NCBI GenBank assembly: GCA_963760795.1
Contig: CAVXEP010000010.1
Span: 62,113-126,112, forward strand
DNA: 64,000 nucleotides
Reading direction: 5' to 3'
Origin: an uncultured delta proteobacterium
Lineage (GTDB): Bacteria > Desulfobacterota > Binatia > UBA9968
Position numbers and translations under genes: made by a program. Each line of letters opens with the position of its first letter. The stretch's first letter is position 1. Below the pieces are notes generated by a model. It did not search any database. It saw nothing but the letters and a program-made list of their open reading frames with translations, and was not told the DNA's origin. Of this stretch, positions 50,570-61,178 are shown one piece after another.

Positions 50570-53216
50570 TGACGATCCCCGTTTGCTCGCGCAATAACCG
50601 TCCGCGAATTCGCCGCACTGTGTCCGTCAACAGACCCTTGGCCTTGTGCACGTGCTCTCTGAGCTTGTAAAGCTCGTAAAATTGCGGCTTGAACGTTCGC
50701 GGTGCGGCGAACTCGTAAGCTTCGTCCGGAGCAGGGGCCGCTTCGAGCGGATTGTTAGCGCAGTAGGAATGCATGTAACCATTCGTCAGCATCAAAACCA
50801 CGGGTCTGGTCAAAGTGCACGTTTGAAACTGCAACAGATCGCCGACACAGCGCTCGAAAAAGAATTGCGAACGTGCGACAAAATCTTTCCGTGTCGCTTC
50901 GTCCGAATACTTGGCAGCGAACATAAAGACATTACTTTTGCGAATGTCTTGGGCCGGCCAAGTCTCGGTTGGGATCTCGACCTGGTCGAGAACCGAGAGA
51001 TACGGCACCTCGTGGGCGAGCATCCAGCGGGCATAGTGTAGCAGGCTCGCGCGGGCATACGCGTACATGGAATCCAACTGGCGGCGCTCAACTTTGAGAT
51101 CGAGGTACTTCCCGAGGATTTGCAGAAACACCGTGTACGACCAGCGGTGCTCGATATCGCGCAGGTTCCTGCTCTCGATATCGTCATAAGGATGAATCGA
51201 TCGACGGATCAATTCCTCAGCTTTGAACCAATATTTGTCGTCGCGGCTGAGCACATAGGCGTCGAGCAGGGCGTTGATCGAATTGCCACATCCCCGACCG
51301 GGGCCGTGATAGTTCCAGGAAACTGTCATACTGCACAGACCGCGCGGTCTGGGGTCGATTGCCCCGATGAGACCTCCCGTGCGGGCATCCATATTCATGA
51401 CCCAATCGCCCAGGCCGAGGACGGTTTCCTTAGCCACTTGATCACCGGTGAGGAAATAATACTCCATGAGACCTGTCGTATAGTTATGCTCGCCCGAAGG
51501 CCCGCCACCGGATTGATGCCCGCCCTTGTTTCCGACGCTCCTCTTTGAATAGGCTCGGTGCGAGCAGGTAGCGGCGTCCGTGTAATGTTGCGTGTGCCAA
51601 AAGAGACCGCCGTTGAAGGCTATGCGGTCGGCGCTCGTGTGGTAAATATCGATATCGACGACGTGTCGGGCGAGTTCATCACCGAGTTGAAACCACCTGT
51701 CGTCACCGCTCCTTAGAAACTGTACCAACGCACCGTGGATTACGTCGTATTGATTATTGTAGTGAGCCACCAAGGGCATATCGCCCGTATTTCCAACCGC
51801 TTCATGGTCGGCGTAGAGATCGCCAAAGTTACGCCAGCCGTATTCATCGATAATCTCGCGGCGATTGAAGAAGGTGTTAGCGCCTGTTATTGCAGTGTCC
51901 ACGAGTTTATCGAGTGACTCGAAGGTTGCCAAACCCTTGCTAGATCGCCCCCGGGGGCTAAGATACGGCAGGGCTTGGCCCTCAGCGTACCAGTCGAGCG
52001 TGGACCTAACCATAAGTTTGTGGTGTACGCGTTCAAAGCCGGCAGCACCACTGAAAGACAAGTATACGGTGTGGGTTTTCTGCTCCCCCGCCTGGAGCTC
52101 GTAAGGCGCGCCGAACTGTCGCGGGAAAAGCCCGAGTCTCAATAGCCGATCTTCGACCTCGATGGCTTTAGGGAAATTTTGCCAAAATTTTTCGATGGCG
52201 CCGGACAAACGGGCGGCCTGGCCGCAAATGGACACGGTGGGACTAGCGCGCATACCCTCGGCGACCGTTTCGCCGTCTGCTGTCACGCGGTAACCACGGA
52301 ACGTGCTACCAACTTTGCCGAAGCGATCGATGTGGTTAGAACTGTTCCAACCAGAGCCGCCGCTGGAATCCTGATAAATTTCGAAATGCTGGCTACCACT
52401 GCGAAGTGGCTCCTTGTCAGAAGTTTCGGCGCACAAAACACTTCCCATCCTTGGCCCGTTCAGCGCCAAGTCGATCGACAAGCCCTTAAAGTATACTGAT
52501 CCTTCGTCACCCAGATCCCATAGTCCGCCAGGATGAGATGCCGATCGAGAGTTCCACAGGGTAAATTTGATTTCGACTGTGCTGCTGCCAGAGAAGAAAG
52601 ACAGGCGCGAAACAAAATCGGCGAACGAGGCGCCATTGGCAGCACAGAGCTTGCCCTCTACCTTCAGCGTAGATCGCAGGATACCACGGGTTTCAACGGC
52701 AAAAGCGGTTATCTGTGGCTGGTATTCCTGGCCATTTTCGTCGACGAGGCAAATCGCTGTCATCGAACCATCCAATACCTGTATTTCATTCGCGATAACG
52801 TGGCTGAACGGTCTGAGCACGCGGGTATCGACGACAAATACAGCTGCCCCGGTATCGAATTGGATAGAATCCCGGGTTTCGGTCACTACGATGCCTGACG
52901 GCTCAGCCACGGTGGTGGGTATACCTACGCGCCGAAGCAGATATTCCGCCACTTGCCCTGGCGCAACGTCCGCCTGAAAGTCCACCAGCGCCCACTTGAT
53001 ACTCCCATCAAACCATCGCGCCAATACTTGAATCTGAGACGAACAGGGAGTCTGATCCGGGCCCAAGAGCCTTAGCTCGGACGAGTTGAAAACCGCTGCT
53101 TCCGGAAGCGGGATACCGACCGTGACCGGCTCGTTCGTTCGGCGGAAACCGCCCCGTTCGGCAACCAGGATGGGTGCCGAAAACGCCGTCGTATCCATAT
53201 CGAGTTTATCGCTCAT
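50556..53216 (-). CDS. Large hypothetical protein resembling YetA/PcRGLX-like (exo-rhamnogalacturonan lyase-like) proteins
   Basis: EPVTVGIPLP…ARWFDGSIKW, FWQNFPK, YGWRNFGD, YNNQYD. Family assigned from memory of motifs. Confidence 0.55.
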   Translation of the reverse strand: MSDKLDMDTTAFSAPILVAERGGFRRTNEPVTVGIPLPEAAVFNSSELRLLGPDQTPCSSQIQVLARWFDGSIKWALVDFQADVAPGQVAEYLLRRVGIPTTVAEPSGIVVTETRDSIQFDTGAAVFVVDTRVLRPFSHVIANEIQVLDGSMTAICLVDENGQEYQPQITAFAVETRGILRSTLKVEGKLCAANGASFADFVSRLSFFSGSSTVEIKFTLWNSRSASHPGGLWDLGDEGSVYFKGLSIDLALNGPRMGSVLCAETSDKEPLRSGSQHFEIYQDSSGGSGWNSSNHIDRFGKVGSTFRGYRVTADGETVAEGMRASPTVSICGQAARLSGAIEKFWQNFPKAIEVEDRLLRLGLFPRQFGAPYELQAGEQKTHTVYLSFSGAAGFERVHHKLMVRSTLDWYAEGQALPYLSPRGRSSKGLATFESLDKLVDTAITGANTFFNRREIIDEYGWRNFGDLYADHEAVGNTGDMPLVAHYNNQYDVIHGALVQFLRSGDDRWFQLGDELARHVVDIDIYHTSADRIAFNGGLFWHTQHYTDAATCSHRAYSKRSVGNKGGHQSGGGPSGEHNYTTGLMEYYFLTGDQVAKETVLGLGDWVMNMDARTGGLIGAIDPRPRGLCSMTVSWNYHGPGRGCGNSINALLDAYVLSRDDKYWFKAEELIRRSIHPYDDIESRNLRDIEHRWSYTVFLQILGKYLDLKVERRQLDSMYAYARASLLHYARWMLAHEVPYLSVLDQVEIPTETWPAQDIRKSNVFMFAAKYSDEATRKDFVARSQFFFERCVGDLLQFQTCTLTRPVVLMLTNGYMHSYCANNPLEAAPAPDEAYEFAAPRTFKPQFYELYKLREHVHKAKGLLTDTVRRIRGRLLREQTGIVSERA

Positions 53217-54607
53217 GAAGGCAAAGCAAATGTGCTCACAAGATCGTCGAATTTTTTCGCCAACGTTGCGGTGACGATCTTAACGTCGAACTTGTCACGG
53301 GCGTGACTATTCGCGCAGTACGCTTTGGGGCCTTGGCCCCAATCGAGATAAAGTCGCTCGACAGCCGATGCAATCTCGTTCACATCCTCCGCCTCGGCCA
53401 CCGTACCGAGAGAGTTATCCTGCACGAGACACGCCGTCGCGCTATCGCGCGGCGATATCGCCAGGATGGGCTTGCCCAACGCGATATATTCGAAAAGCTT
53501 CGATGGCACCTGAGTCATGGTTCCCGGCTGTAGTAATAACAGGGCATCGGAGTCGGCGAGGTATTGCAAGCTTTGTTGATACGGCACTTGCGCGACGAGC
53601 CGAACAATCTCGTCGAGGCCGCGGCCACGGAGATATCCAACGAGGTCGTAAGGCAATTCGATCGAGCCAACGAGGTAAACCCGAATCTTCCGCCGCTCGA
53701 CTCTTTGGGTCTCGATCAACAAAGCCAGGGCATTGAGGAAGTGGTGCGGGTCGCGTTTGCCATAGAGAAAACCGGTATGGGTAATGGTAAATGTTTCCGG
53801 ATGCTGGCGCTGTCTCGCAGATACCTGACCGTCTTCTCGATCGAAACCGTTGAGTAAGGCAACGAACTTCCCCACCGGCTCGTGCGGGAAGCGCGTCGAG
53901 AATTCATCTTTCAAGGCCTGGGTGTTAGCCACGACAACATCGGCCGTCTCAACGACCTTGCGCTCCAAATACGCTTCGATGCGGTCGCGCAAGGCCGACA
54001 TTTCGTCACGGAAAGGATTCGTCATCCAGGGGTCCCGGAAGTCCACGACCAACGGTTTACCGGTAACGCGCTTGAGAACAACGCCAATCAAATGAGCTGT
54101 CCAGGGCTTACCGGAGGCATAGATCACGTCGATAGCTTCGCGCTTCACGGCCCGGCGCCCAGCGGCAATGCCAGGCACTAGCCAGCCGATTTCCCCGTCC
54201 GGTATTTCAAACAAGCCGGTAATGGCGTCTTTCAAATCTTGCAGCCGGCTTTTCCCTTTAGAATCGAGATTTACTTGCCCGAGGGATCTCCCCTGCTCCT
54301 GCCCGGTATCCACCGGCCGCCGGCTATTTTTTAGTTCCAGGAGTTTCGTCAACCATCGGACAACCGAACTCCTGATGATTTTGGTGTTGGCCGGCACGCG
54401 CTCTAAAAGTGTCGGATCGAGCGCCAGATATGCCTCATAACTGTCTTGACGAACCGTGAGTATGATAGGCTCCCAATTACATTGCGGAAGATATTTGACG
54501 AATTTCAGCGTTCTTTGCGAACCTGCAGCCGCAATTCCCCCGACAGGCGGAAAGAAATATGCGATCATTAGGACTTTCTTCCGAGTTCCCATCGGCATGT
54601 CAGACAT
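53213..54607 (-). CDS. GT4 glycosyltransferase
   Basis: AYFFPP, DFRDPW, NGFD, PSKLFEY. Confidence 0.88.
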   Translation of the reverse strand: MSDMPMGTRKKVLMIAYFFPPVGGIAAAGSQRTLKFVKYLPQCNWEPIILTVRQDSYEAYLALDPTLLERVPANTKIIRSSVVRWLTKLLELKNSRRPVDTGQEQGRSLGQVNLDSKGKSRLQDLKDAITGLFEIPDGEIGWLVPGIAAGRRAVKREAIDVIYASGKPWTAHLIGVVLKRVTGKPLVVDFRDPWMTNPFRDEMSALRDRIEAYLERKVVETADVVVANTQALKDEFSTRFPHEPVGKFVALLNGFDREDGQVSARQRQHPETFTITHTGFLYGKRDPHHFLNALALLIETQRVERRKIRVYLVGSIELPYDLVGYLRGRGLDEIVRLVAQVPYQQSLQYLADSDALLLLQPGTMTQVPSKLFEYIALGKPILAISPRDSATACLVQDNSLGTVAEAEDVNEIASAVERLYLDWGQGPKAYCANSHARDKFDVKIVTATLAKKFDDLVSTFALPS

Positions 54608-55577
54608 GGGGCCACCGGTAAAACGGCGCCAAACCGCGAGCTAAAAAGTAAACACCGTACAAAACCGTCAATTGGGGCACGTAGCGCATATTCCCGGCGC
54701 GCGCGCCGGTCAGCCCTGCGACTGCCATCAAAGGTAATAAGAACAATCCCGCCGCTCCGAGTACCGGCCACGCGCCCCAATCCTTGAACGCTCCAAGTAG
54801 TGGGCTCGTCAATAGCAGGACAAACGTCGCGACAGTATAGAGCGGCAGTAAGACGCTCGGCACCTCGACCCAGCGAAAACCGTGCCGGAACATACCGAGG
54901 AGATTGTCCCGCCCGCGCCATAGCTCCTTGCGAAACACTTGCCGCAAAGTTATCGGCTCACCGTGATGCAAGCAACGAATCGTTGTATCCTCGACGACGC
55001 GGTATTTCTGGGCAATCCGATAACACAGATCGACGTCTTCACAGGTCATCAGCGATTCGTCGAACCCACCGCATTCCTCGTAAACCTCTTTTCGAACTAA
55101 CATATTGCCCGCCGGAACCCATCGCCCTTCCGACGATTTAGGCCGGGCCTCAGTCTGGGTGCGCAAAACCTTGCGCACCCAAGTCGAGGGATCGAGTGGA
55201 ACGACGTAATAACTGCCGACGACGCCCACTTTAGGATCGGCAAAGTATGGTAGTGCGCATTTGAGCCAGTCCTCAGCGACGGTACAGTCAGCATCCAAAA
55301 AAGCCACGATTGGCGCCGCGGCATGAAAAGCACCGACATTGCGCGCGCTCGAAATGGTGCCACCCTTCTTTGACAGCACCTTGACCCCGGCCCGGCTTGC
55401 GATCTCCCCGGTACGGTCGGTCGACTCGTGATCGACAAGGAGGATTTCCAAACGCTCGCGCGGGAAATCTAGCGCCGAGAGCGACGCTAGAAGTGCGCCC
55501 AGGTGTTCTTCTTCGTTACGCGCCGGGATCACAATGGAGACGGCGGCAGTATCCATCTGAGGCAAGGATTCACGCAT
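54600..55577 (-). CDS. GT2 glycosyltransferase
   Basis: VIPARNEE, FLDADC, GGFDE…EDVDLC. Confidence 0.9.
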   Translation of the reverse strand: MRESLPQMDTAAVSIVIPARNEEEHLGALLASLSALDFPRERLEILLVDHESTDRTGEIASRAGVKVLSKKGGTISSARNVGAFHAAAPIVAFLDADCTVAEDWLKCALPYFADPKVGVVGSYYVVPLDPSTWVRKVLRTQTEARPKSSEGRWVPAGNMLVRKEVYEECGGFDESLMTCEDVDLCYRIAQKYRVVEDTTIRCLHHGEPITLRQVFRKELWRGRDNLLGMFRHGFRWVEVPSVLLPLYTVATFVLLLTSPLLGAFKDWGAWPVLGAAGLFLLPLMAVAGLTGARAGNMRYVPQLTVLYGVYFLARGLAPFYRWPHV

Positions 55578-55610
55578 GAGTTTGGGGTATCTGGTTTGGC
55601 GAAAGCGGAT

Positions 55611-56405
55611 TTACTTTGCGACCTCGATGATCGCCGACCAGCAATATCGCTTCAAAGGTCGGAACGCCCGCAGTAGACATTTGTCCATGGCTTCGGTCAC
55701 GCGCAGGCTCCAGCGAAAAAGCCTTTGACTCCCCGTGGCCCAGAGCAGCCCCTGGGGGAAAATGGAAAAAAGGTGGTAGCCGCGATACTCGGTCGTGCGA
55801 AAATACCTACCGAAGTCAGCGATCTGCTGCACCGCCATCGGCTGTTCGGTCGGCGTGCGCCGCTGCGGCGTCAGCCGGCGAAAAACTTTCAGGAACCAAT
55901 TGTGCGCTAATGGCTCGATGAACAAGGCCCGCCCGCCAGGTTTGAGCACCCGTGAGATCTCGGCCCCGGCGGCAATCGGATCGGTGTGATGAAGGATGGC
56001 GACACCAAGAACCAGATCAAAACTATTCGACGGATAGCCTAGACACTCCGCAGCCATGACCGCTGCATGGATGCGTTCGGAAGCACCCTTGTACTCCGCT
56101 TCTTTGGTCAGGTTGCGCACACTTTCCGGCGAGATATCGAATGAATAGACGTTGGCGCCATGCTTCGCGTATTGGATCGCGCTCCAACCTTCGCCGCAAC
56201 CGAAATCCAGGATTTTTTTTTCGCGCAAGTCGCCGATCGCCGACAGAAACGACTCCCAAACGAGATCGAGTCCGCCCGCACTGTAAAAATCCTTGTTTCC
56301 ATCGCCGTGACCGGCAGCGGCCTTGTGATCGTGAAAGCGCCGCTCGATGTCATGTCGGGAGGTCAGTGACATTTCCTCTTTGGCCATTTGTACTCCTGAG
56401 TCCAT
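55611..56405 (-). CDS. Class I SAM methyltransferase
   Basis: ILDFGCGEG, AILHH, RVLKPGG. Confidence 0.9.
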   Translation of the reverse strand: MDSGVQMAKEEMSLTSRHDIERRFHDHKAAAGHGDGNKDFYSAGGLDLVWESFLSAIGDLREKKILDFGCGEGWSAIQYAKHGANVYSFDISPESVRNLTKEAEYKGASERIHAAVMAAECLGYPSNSFDLVLGVAILHHTDPIAAGAEISRVLKPGGRALFIEPLAHNWFLKVFRRLTPQRRTPTEQPMAVQQIADFGRYFRTTEYRGYHLFSIFPQGLLWATGSQRLFRWSLRVTEAMDKCLLRAFRPLKRYCWSAIIEVAK

Positions 56406-56413
56406 ACAGATTT

Positions 56414-56983
56414 TTATAGAGGCGCGTCCATCGGACTAGCCTGATGGATCTTGATCGGTCGCGCAATGGCTGGGACTCCGGCTGCAACATGCGCTGTAGG
56501 AACTGCCTTCACGACCACGGCGTTCGCACCGATCCGGCTATCGTCACCGATGTCAATTGCGCCAATTACCTTGGCACCGGCGCCGATGACGACACGGTTC
56601 CCGATACACGGCGCGCCACCGTGGCCGCCAAGATCACCCAGTGTCACACCGTGGTAGACGGTACACTCCTCACCGACCACGGCTTGGGGATGGATAATAA
56701 TACCGCCGAAGTGATGAATCCGCATTCCTTTTCCGATGATCGCTTCCACAGGAATTGAGATTCCAGTAGTAACTTCGACGTATCGCTCGAAGATAAAGCG
56801 CACCGGCTGCGTGGGAATCCCGCGTTCGTGAAACCAGCGAAAGATCCGGTAGACTAGCAACGCTTGGAAACCCTGGGACATTAATCCTCGGACAATCGGC
56901 CGGACGCCCGGCCCTTCGCTTCGAAAGCGCGCAATGTCAGCCTTGATTATCAGCCACAACGACCCATGGCTTAAGCGCTCCAT
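56414..56983 (-). CDS. Hexapeptide-repeat O-acetyltransferase (CysE/WcaB-like)
   Basis: IGKGMRIHHFGGII, GVTLG, IGANAVV, GVPA. Confidence 0.88.
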   Translation of the reverse strand: MERLSHGSLWLIIKADIARFRSEGPGVRPIVRGLMSQGFQALLVYRIFRWFHERGIPTQPVRFIFERYVEVTTGISIPVEAIIGKGMRIHHFGGIIIHPQAVVGEECTVYHGVTLGDLGGHGGAPCIGNRVVIGAGAKVIGAIDIGDDSRIGANAVVVKAVPTAHVAAGVPAIARPIKIHQASPMDAPL

Positions 56984-57005
56984 CAACCCGGTGCTCGATC
57001 TGCCA

Positions 57006-57791
57006 TCATGCGCTTGCCGGAGCGCCGATTTTTTGCTGCAGCCGTTGTTCGGCGATGGCCCGCAGACGCGGGTGCATGGTGAAATATTGCCGCCCTTCCT
57101 CCGGTTTTTGCGCGCGCCGTAAGAATTGTCCCGCGAGAACATCCATGGCGGCATCGGAGAGCAAGTCCACCTGGTGCGCACTGGCGCGTTCGCGCACACT
57201 CGTCACGGTGTCGCCCGCACGCAGCGGCACGGCCTCGTCCACGACAATGTCGCCGGTATCGACGCCGGGATCGACGAAATGAATGCTGATGGTCGGCGGC
57301 GAATTCTCGAAGATCGCCCACTCGATCACATTCATGCCGCGGAATTTAGGCAAAGGCCCTTGATGCGCGTTCAAGGTACCGATGCGCGGCACCGCCAGCA
57401 CCGCCGCCTTGATTATCGGGGCCCCGGCGAGAATCAACAATTCAGCTTGCAATGAACGCAGCGCCGAACAGCCATCTTCTCCATTAATATCGCGGACAAC
57501 AACGAACCGACCTTCTTGAGCCTTGGTTGCTGCTTCAAGCGATGGCCCAGCGACCCCGTCAGAGTCTTGTGCTCGCGTGGCCCAGCCGATCAGTCGTGAT
57601 GTGATTGAGCGTTGCACGACGCGCGGTAGTCCAAAGCGATACTTTTGCCACAAGTCCGTGATCGTTCGTGGTGTGGGTGCCGCCACTGCAGCGACGATAT
57701 TTATCTTACGCATACCGCGCGCGTTCAGTGCGTCGAGCACCGCGCGTGCATAATTGCTGTTCAGATAGTTGCAAAGAATCGCAACGCTCAC
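57006..57791 (-). CDS. Formyltransferase family protein
   Basis: LNAHQGPLPKFRG, IHFVDPGVDTGDI. The GTG start overlaps the upstream stop. Confidence 0.85.
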   Translation of the reverse strand: MSVAILCNYLNSNYARAVLDALNARGMRKINIVAAVAAPTPRTITDLWQKYRFGLPRVVQRSITSRLIGWATRAQDSDGVAGPSLEAATKAQEGRFVVVRDINGEDGCSALRSLQAELLILAGAPIIKAAVLAVPRIGTLNAHQGPLPKFRGMNVIEWAIFENSPPTISIHFVDPGVDTGDIVVDEAVPLRAGDTVTSVRERASAHQVDLLSDAAMDVLAGQFLRRAQKPEEGRQYFTMHPRLRAIAEQRLQQKIGAPASA

Positions 57792-59020
57792 TCGCAGTTC
57801 CCCTCGATACGGCGGACAGTATCGGCTTCGTGAAACAACGCGTCCAACGTAAACTTGACTGCCCAACTCGGCATCCGATAGGTCATATAAGCCCCCCAGA
57901 TGGGATCCGAACCCTTGATCCCTCCCCGAACCCCCAGACATCGCGCCTGCAAATCGACCAGCCCGAGCACGTAGTCATTCATCTTCAACGCGGCGTTCAC
58001 ATAACGGGCATCGCCGGTTATTTCGAACAACCGGCTCCAGATTAAACTCATCTGGGCACAACCGGTAACACAGCTAAACGAGTTGTCGGCATGCCATCCC
58101 TGGGCAAAGGTACCCGCCAGACGGCCCCGCAGCTCAAACCGCCGCATCAAAAGATCTGCCGTGCGCTGACCCATAACGACCCAGCGCTCATCCTTGAGCA
58201 ACACTCCCGACTCGATCAGCCCTTCAATCGTGTATGCCAACGTATGCGTCAAGGGCGGGGTATCGACCTCCAGCGTGCACTGACTGAACCAGCCGCTCTC
58301 ATCTTGGCATCGAGCTACCCACTCGAGGTAACGAACCGCAGCTTCGCGAAAAGAACCCTCGCCGCCAGCCTCCGCCAATTGCAGCAGCGGCCAGGCGACT
58401 CGGGTGGAATATGAGTTGGGGAAATTATTGTACGTATACGAGCGCCAGGCGCCGTCCGCATCTTGGTGCTTGACGAGCCAGTGACCGGCTCGCGACGCCG
58501 CGCGTAGATAATCCGGCTGATTAAATGCGATCGAAGCAGCCACGAGCCCCTGGATGATTTGTCCGGTATTGAACACCGACGGCACACGCGGCGCCGTCAC
58601 CAAGCCAGCTTGCCAGGCACCGTCGGGTAATTGAATACCAACCTCCCAGTCCGCCATGCGCCGAGCGCGGTTCCTGAGATCGGCGTCCCCAAGCCTCTCT
58701 GCGGCCTCCAGAGATGTAACGATGATGTAGCCGGTCGTTTCGGGATACCCTGCGCTCCAGCCATCCCTAAAATCGTAAAACGCCGCCACACCAGCGCCCG
58801 CAACCGCGTCCTGCGCCTGCTTCAACCAGTCCACTAGCACGCGCTCATAAACCGCGCGCGGCTGCAAAGCATCACTGTCTGCCGCTGGTGCGGCGGCAAA
58901 GTCACGCAGCCAGAATTTAAAATGCTTTGACGAATAGAGCCGATACTGCATCACCGCATCGATGGCATGATACGATCGCTGTAAAGTCACCGGCAACCAG
59001 CTTTTTAATGGATTACCCAT
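57788..59020 (-). CDS. (alpha/alpha)-barrel protein with prenyltransferase/squalene-cyclase-like repeats
   Basis: YPETTGYII, QLPDGAW, QDADGAW, HTLAYTIEG. Confidence 0.65.
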   Translation of the reverse strand: MGNPLKSWLPVTLQRSYHAIDAVMQYRLYSSKHFKFWLRDFAAAPAADSDALQPRAVYERVLVDWLKQAQDAVAGAGVAAFYDFRDGWSAGYPETTGYIIVTSLEAAERLGDADLRNRARRMADWEVGIQLPDGAWQAGLVTAPRVPSVFNTGQIIQGLVAASIAFNQPDYLRAASRAGHWLVKHQDADGAWRSYTYNNFPNSYSTRVAWPLLQLAEAGGEGSFREAAVRYLEWVARCQDESGWFSQCTLEVDTPPLTHTLAYTIEGLIESGVLLKDERWVVMGQRTADLLMRRFELRGRLAGTFAQGWHADNSFSCVTGCAQMSLIWSRLFEITGDARYVNAALKMNDYVLGLVDLQARCLGVRGGIKGSDPIWGAYMTYRMPSWAVKFTLDALFHEADTVRRIEGNCE

Positions 59021-59033
59021 AGAACAAATATCA

Positions 59034-59285
59034 TGCACTGCGCTTGTGCGTCTATTCCGCGCTCGGGCGTCCATAACATCTCAACGCGTCCCGCGAGCGC
59101 CATTACCATCCCTAGGACAGCAGCTGGATTTACCAGATAAAAATACCAGGCCGCGTGCAGCAACGTTGCCACTCTGCCAACCGCGCCGGGACGAAAGCGC
59201 CGATTCCGGCGACCATCAGACTGAAGTCAACGTAAACCATGACGGCGAGCGCCATCCAGGCGGTGGTTGCCGCAGCGATCCTCAC
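59034..59285 (-). pseudogene. Internally deleted copy of the GT2 gene at 61426..62598
   Basis: Near-identical DNA to 61430..61615 (HAAWYFYLVN…GRVEMLWTPER), joined to a copy of that gene's 5' end (AWMALAVMVYV versus AWVALSVIVYV). Confidence 0.85.
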
Positions 59286-61178
59286 TTACAGCGACACCCG
59301 GAAGCGCTCGCGCCAGATCTCAAACGTCAATAGCGCCACAATCGCTTCAGTGAAGTCCTCGCGGCCGGAGTTGTGCGCGACGACGATATTTTTCACCAAC
59401 CGCGCGTCGAATAACCCGCCGCGGTCGAGGCGCCGCTCATCGAGCAAATCTTCCACCATCGGCCGCAACTCGTTGCGCAACCAGGACCCGATTGGGGTAC
59501 CGAAACCGCGCTTTGACCGACTCAAGACAAAGTCCGGAACCACTCCCTTGACCGCCGCCTTCAATAGGCGCTTGAGCGTAAAACCGCGCATGCGGTATTC
59601 GCTCGGCACCCGACAGACAAAATCGACGACACGATTGTCAAGAAACGGCACGCGGATCTCTAGTCCGGTTGCCATTCCCATTTTGTCGGTCAAAAGCAAT
59701 AGGCTCTCGGGAAGCACCGACTTGGCATCGACATAAAGTAACCGGTCGAGCGCATCCCCAGAACCGGTGCGGTCGTAACATTGCACCAGCGGCTCGCCCG
59801 GATCTTCCGGTCCGAGGTTGGGTAGAAGAAGATGCGACACCTGCTCCGCAGGCAGAGCCGAAACCAAATCGAGATACTGCCGCCCAAGCGGTTGATGCAA
59901 GCTCCGGCCCCAGGCTTTGGCGTAGCGGCCGAGGTTACCTAGGCGAGAGCCGCGATCCGCCGGTAAAGCAGCCAGCCGTTTACCCACCGCTTGGTGCCAT
60001 CCCTCCGGCATCCAGGCCGAGGCCTTCCTCAGAACCGGCGCCAGGTAGCGGCGGTAACCGCCGAACAACTCGTCGCCGCCGACACCGGAGAGGGCGACTT
60101 TGACATGCCGGTGCGCTAGCTCGGAAACCAGATACGTCACCAAAAAGGACGTGTCGGTTAGCGGCTCGTCGAGCTTTTCGATCAACGCCGGCATCAAATC
60201 GACAACGTTGGGCTGCACGATCAGGGTTTCGTGCTTCGTCCCCAATTGCTGCGCCACGGCCTCAGCATAGGGAGATTCATTGTGATAGGCGTGTTGCTGC
60301 GGATCGAAACCGATGCTGAAGGTCCGGACATCGTTACCGGTCGCCTGCCGCATAAACGCGACCACCGCGCTAGAATCGACGCCACCACTAAGAAACGCAC
60401 CGAGGGGAACGTCGCTGACCATCTGATCGGCCACGGCGTGCTTGAGGATCCCGCGCAGTTCCTCGCGGCATTCTTCAAAGGTCGCCACCGATTCGTTCTC
60501 CGTAAATTTCAAGTCCCAATATTGTTCGAGCCGGACGTTGTCGCTCCCAGCGATCAGGTGCCAGCCCGGCGGCAGTTTCCGGATATCACGAAAAAGCGTG
60601 CGTGGCGGCGGCACGAAGCCGAGACGAAAGAATTGCGCCGTCGCCTGTACGTCGAGCACGGGAGCGATTTCCGGCAGCGCCAGCAGAGCCTTGATCTCCG
60701 AGGCGAAGGCGAGCCCGTTGGTTGTCTGGCTGTAGTAGAGCGGCTTGACACCGATCCGGTCGCGCGCGAGGAACAATCGACGCGCCGGCGCGTCCCACAA
60801 GGCGAAAGCAAAAATTCCGTTGAGACGGTTGACGCAATCGACGCCGTACTCTTCGTAAGCGTGAACGATGGTCTCGGTATCGGTGCGCGTGCGGAACCGA
60901 TGGCCGGCGGTTTCGAGATCGGCGCGCAGCGAACGGTAGTTGTAAATCTCGCCGTTGAACACGATCTTGATAGTGCCGTCTTCGTTCTCGATCGGCTGGT
61001 GCCCACCGGCCACGTCGATGATGCTCAGGCGGCGCATGCCGAGGGCAATGTGCTCATCGATGAAAGTTCCCTGATCATCGGGACCGCGATGAATGATCGT
61101 CCGGCACATTTCTTCGAGACACGCCGCGACGGCCTCGGACCTACCGGGCCACCGGTGGAGTCCTACAATTCCACACAT
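59286..61178 (-). CDS. asnB: Asparagine synthase-like glutamine amidotransferase, second paralogue
   Basis: MCGI, HRGPDD, RRLSIID, LSGGVDSS, GGDELFGGY. Confidence 0.93.
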   Translation of the reverse strand: MCGIVGLHRWPGRSEAVAACLEEMCRTIIHRGPDDQGTFIDEHIALGMRRLSIIDVAGGHQPIENEDGTIKIVFNGEIYNYRSLRADLETAGHRFRTRTDTETIVHAYEEYGVDCVNRLNGIFAFALWDAPARRLFLARDRIGVKPLYYSQTTNGLAFASEIKALLALPEIAPVLDVQATAQFFRLGFVPPPRTLFRDIRKLPPGWHLIAGSDNVRLEQYWDLKFTENESVATFEECREELRGILKHAVADQMVSDVPLGAFLSGGVDSSAVVAFMRQATGNDVRTFSIGFDPQQHAYHNESPYAEAVAQQLGTKHETLIVQPNVVDLMPALIEKLDEPLTDTSFLVTYLVSELAHRHVKVALSGVGGDELFGGYRRYLAPVLRKASAWMPEGWHQAVGKRLAALPADRGSRLGNLGRYAKAWGRSLHQPLGRQYLDLVSALPAEQVSHLLLPNLGPEDPGEPLVQCYDRTGSGDALDRLLYVDAKSVLPESLLLLTDKMGMATGLEIRVPFLDNRVVDFVCRVPSEYRMRGFTLKRLLKAAVKGVVPDFVLSRSKRGFGTPIGSWLRNELRPMVEDLLDERRLDRGGLFDARLVKNIVVAHNSGREDFTEAIVALLTFEIWRERFRVSL

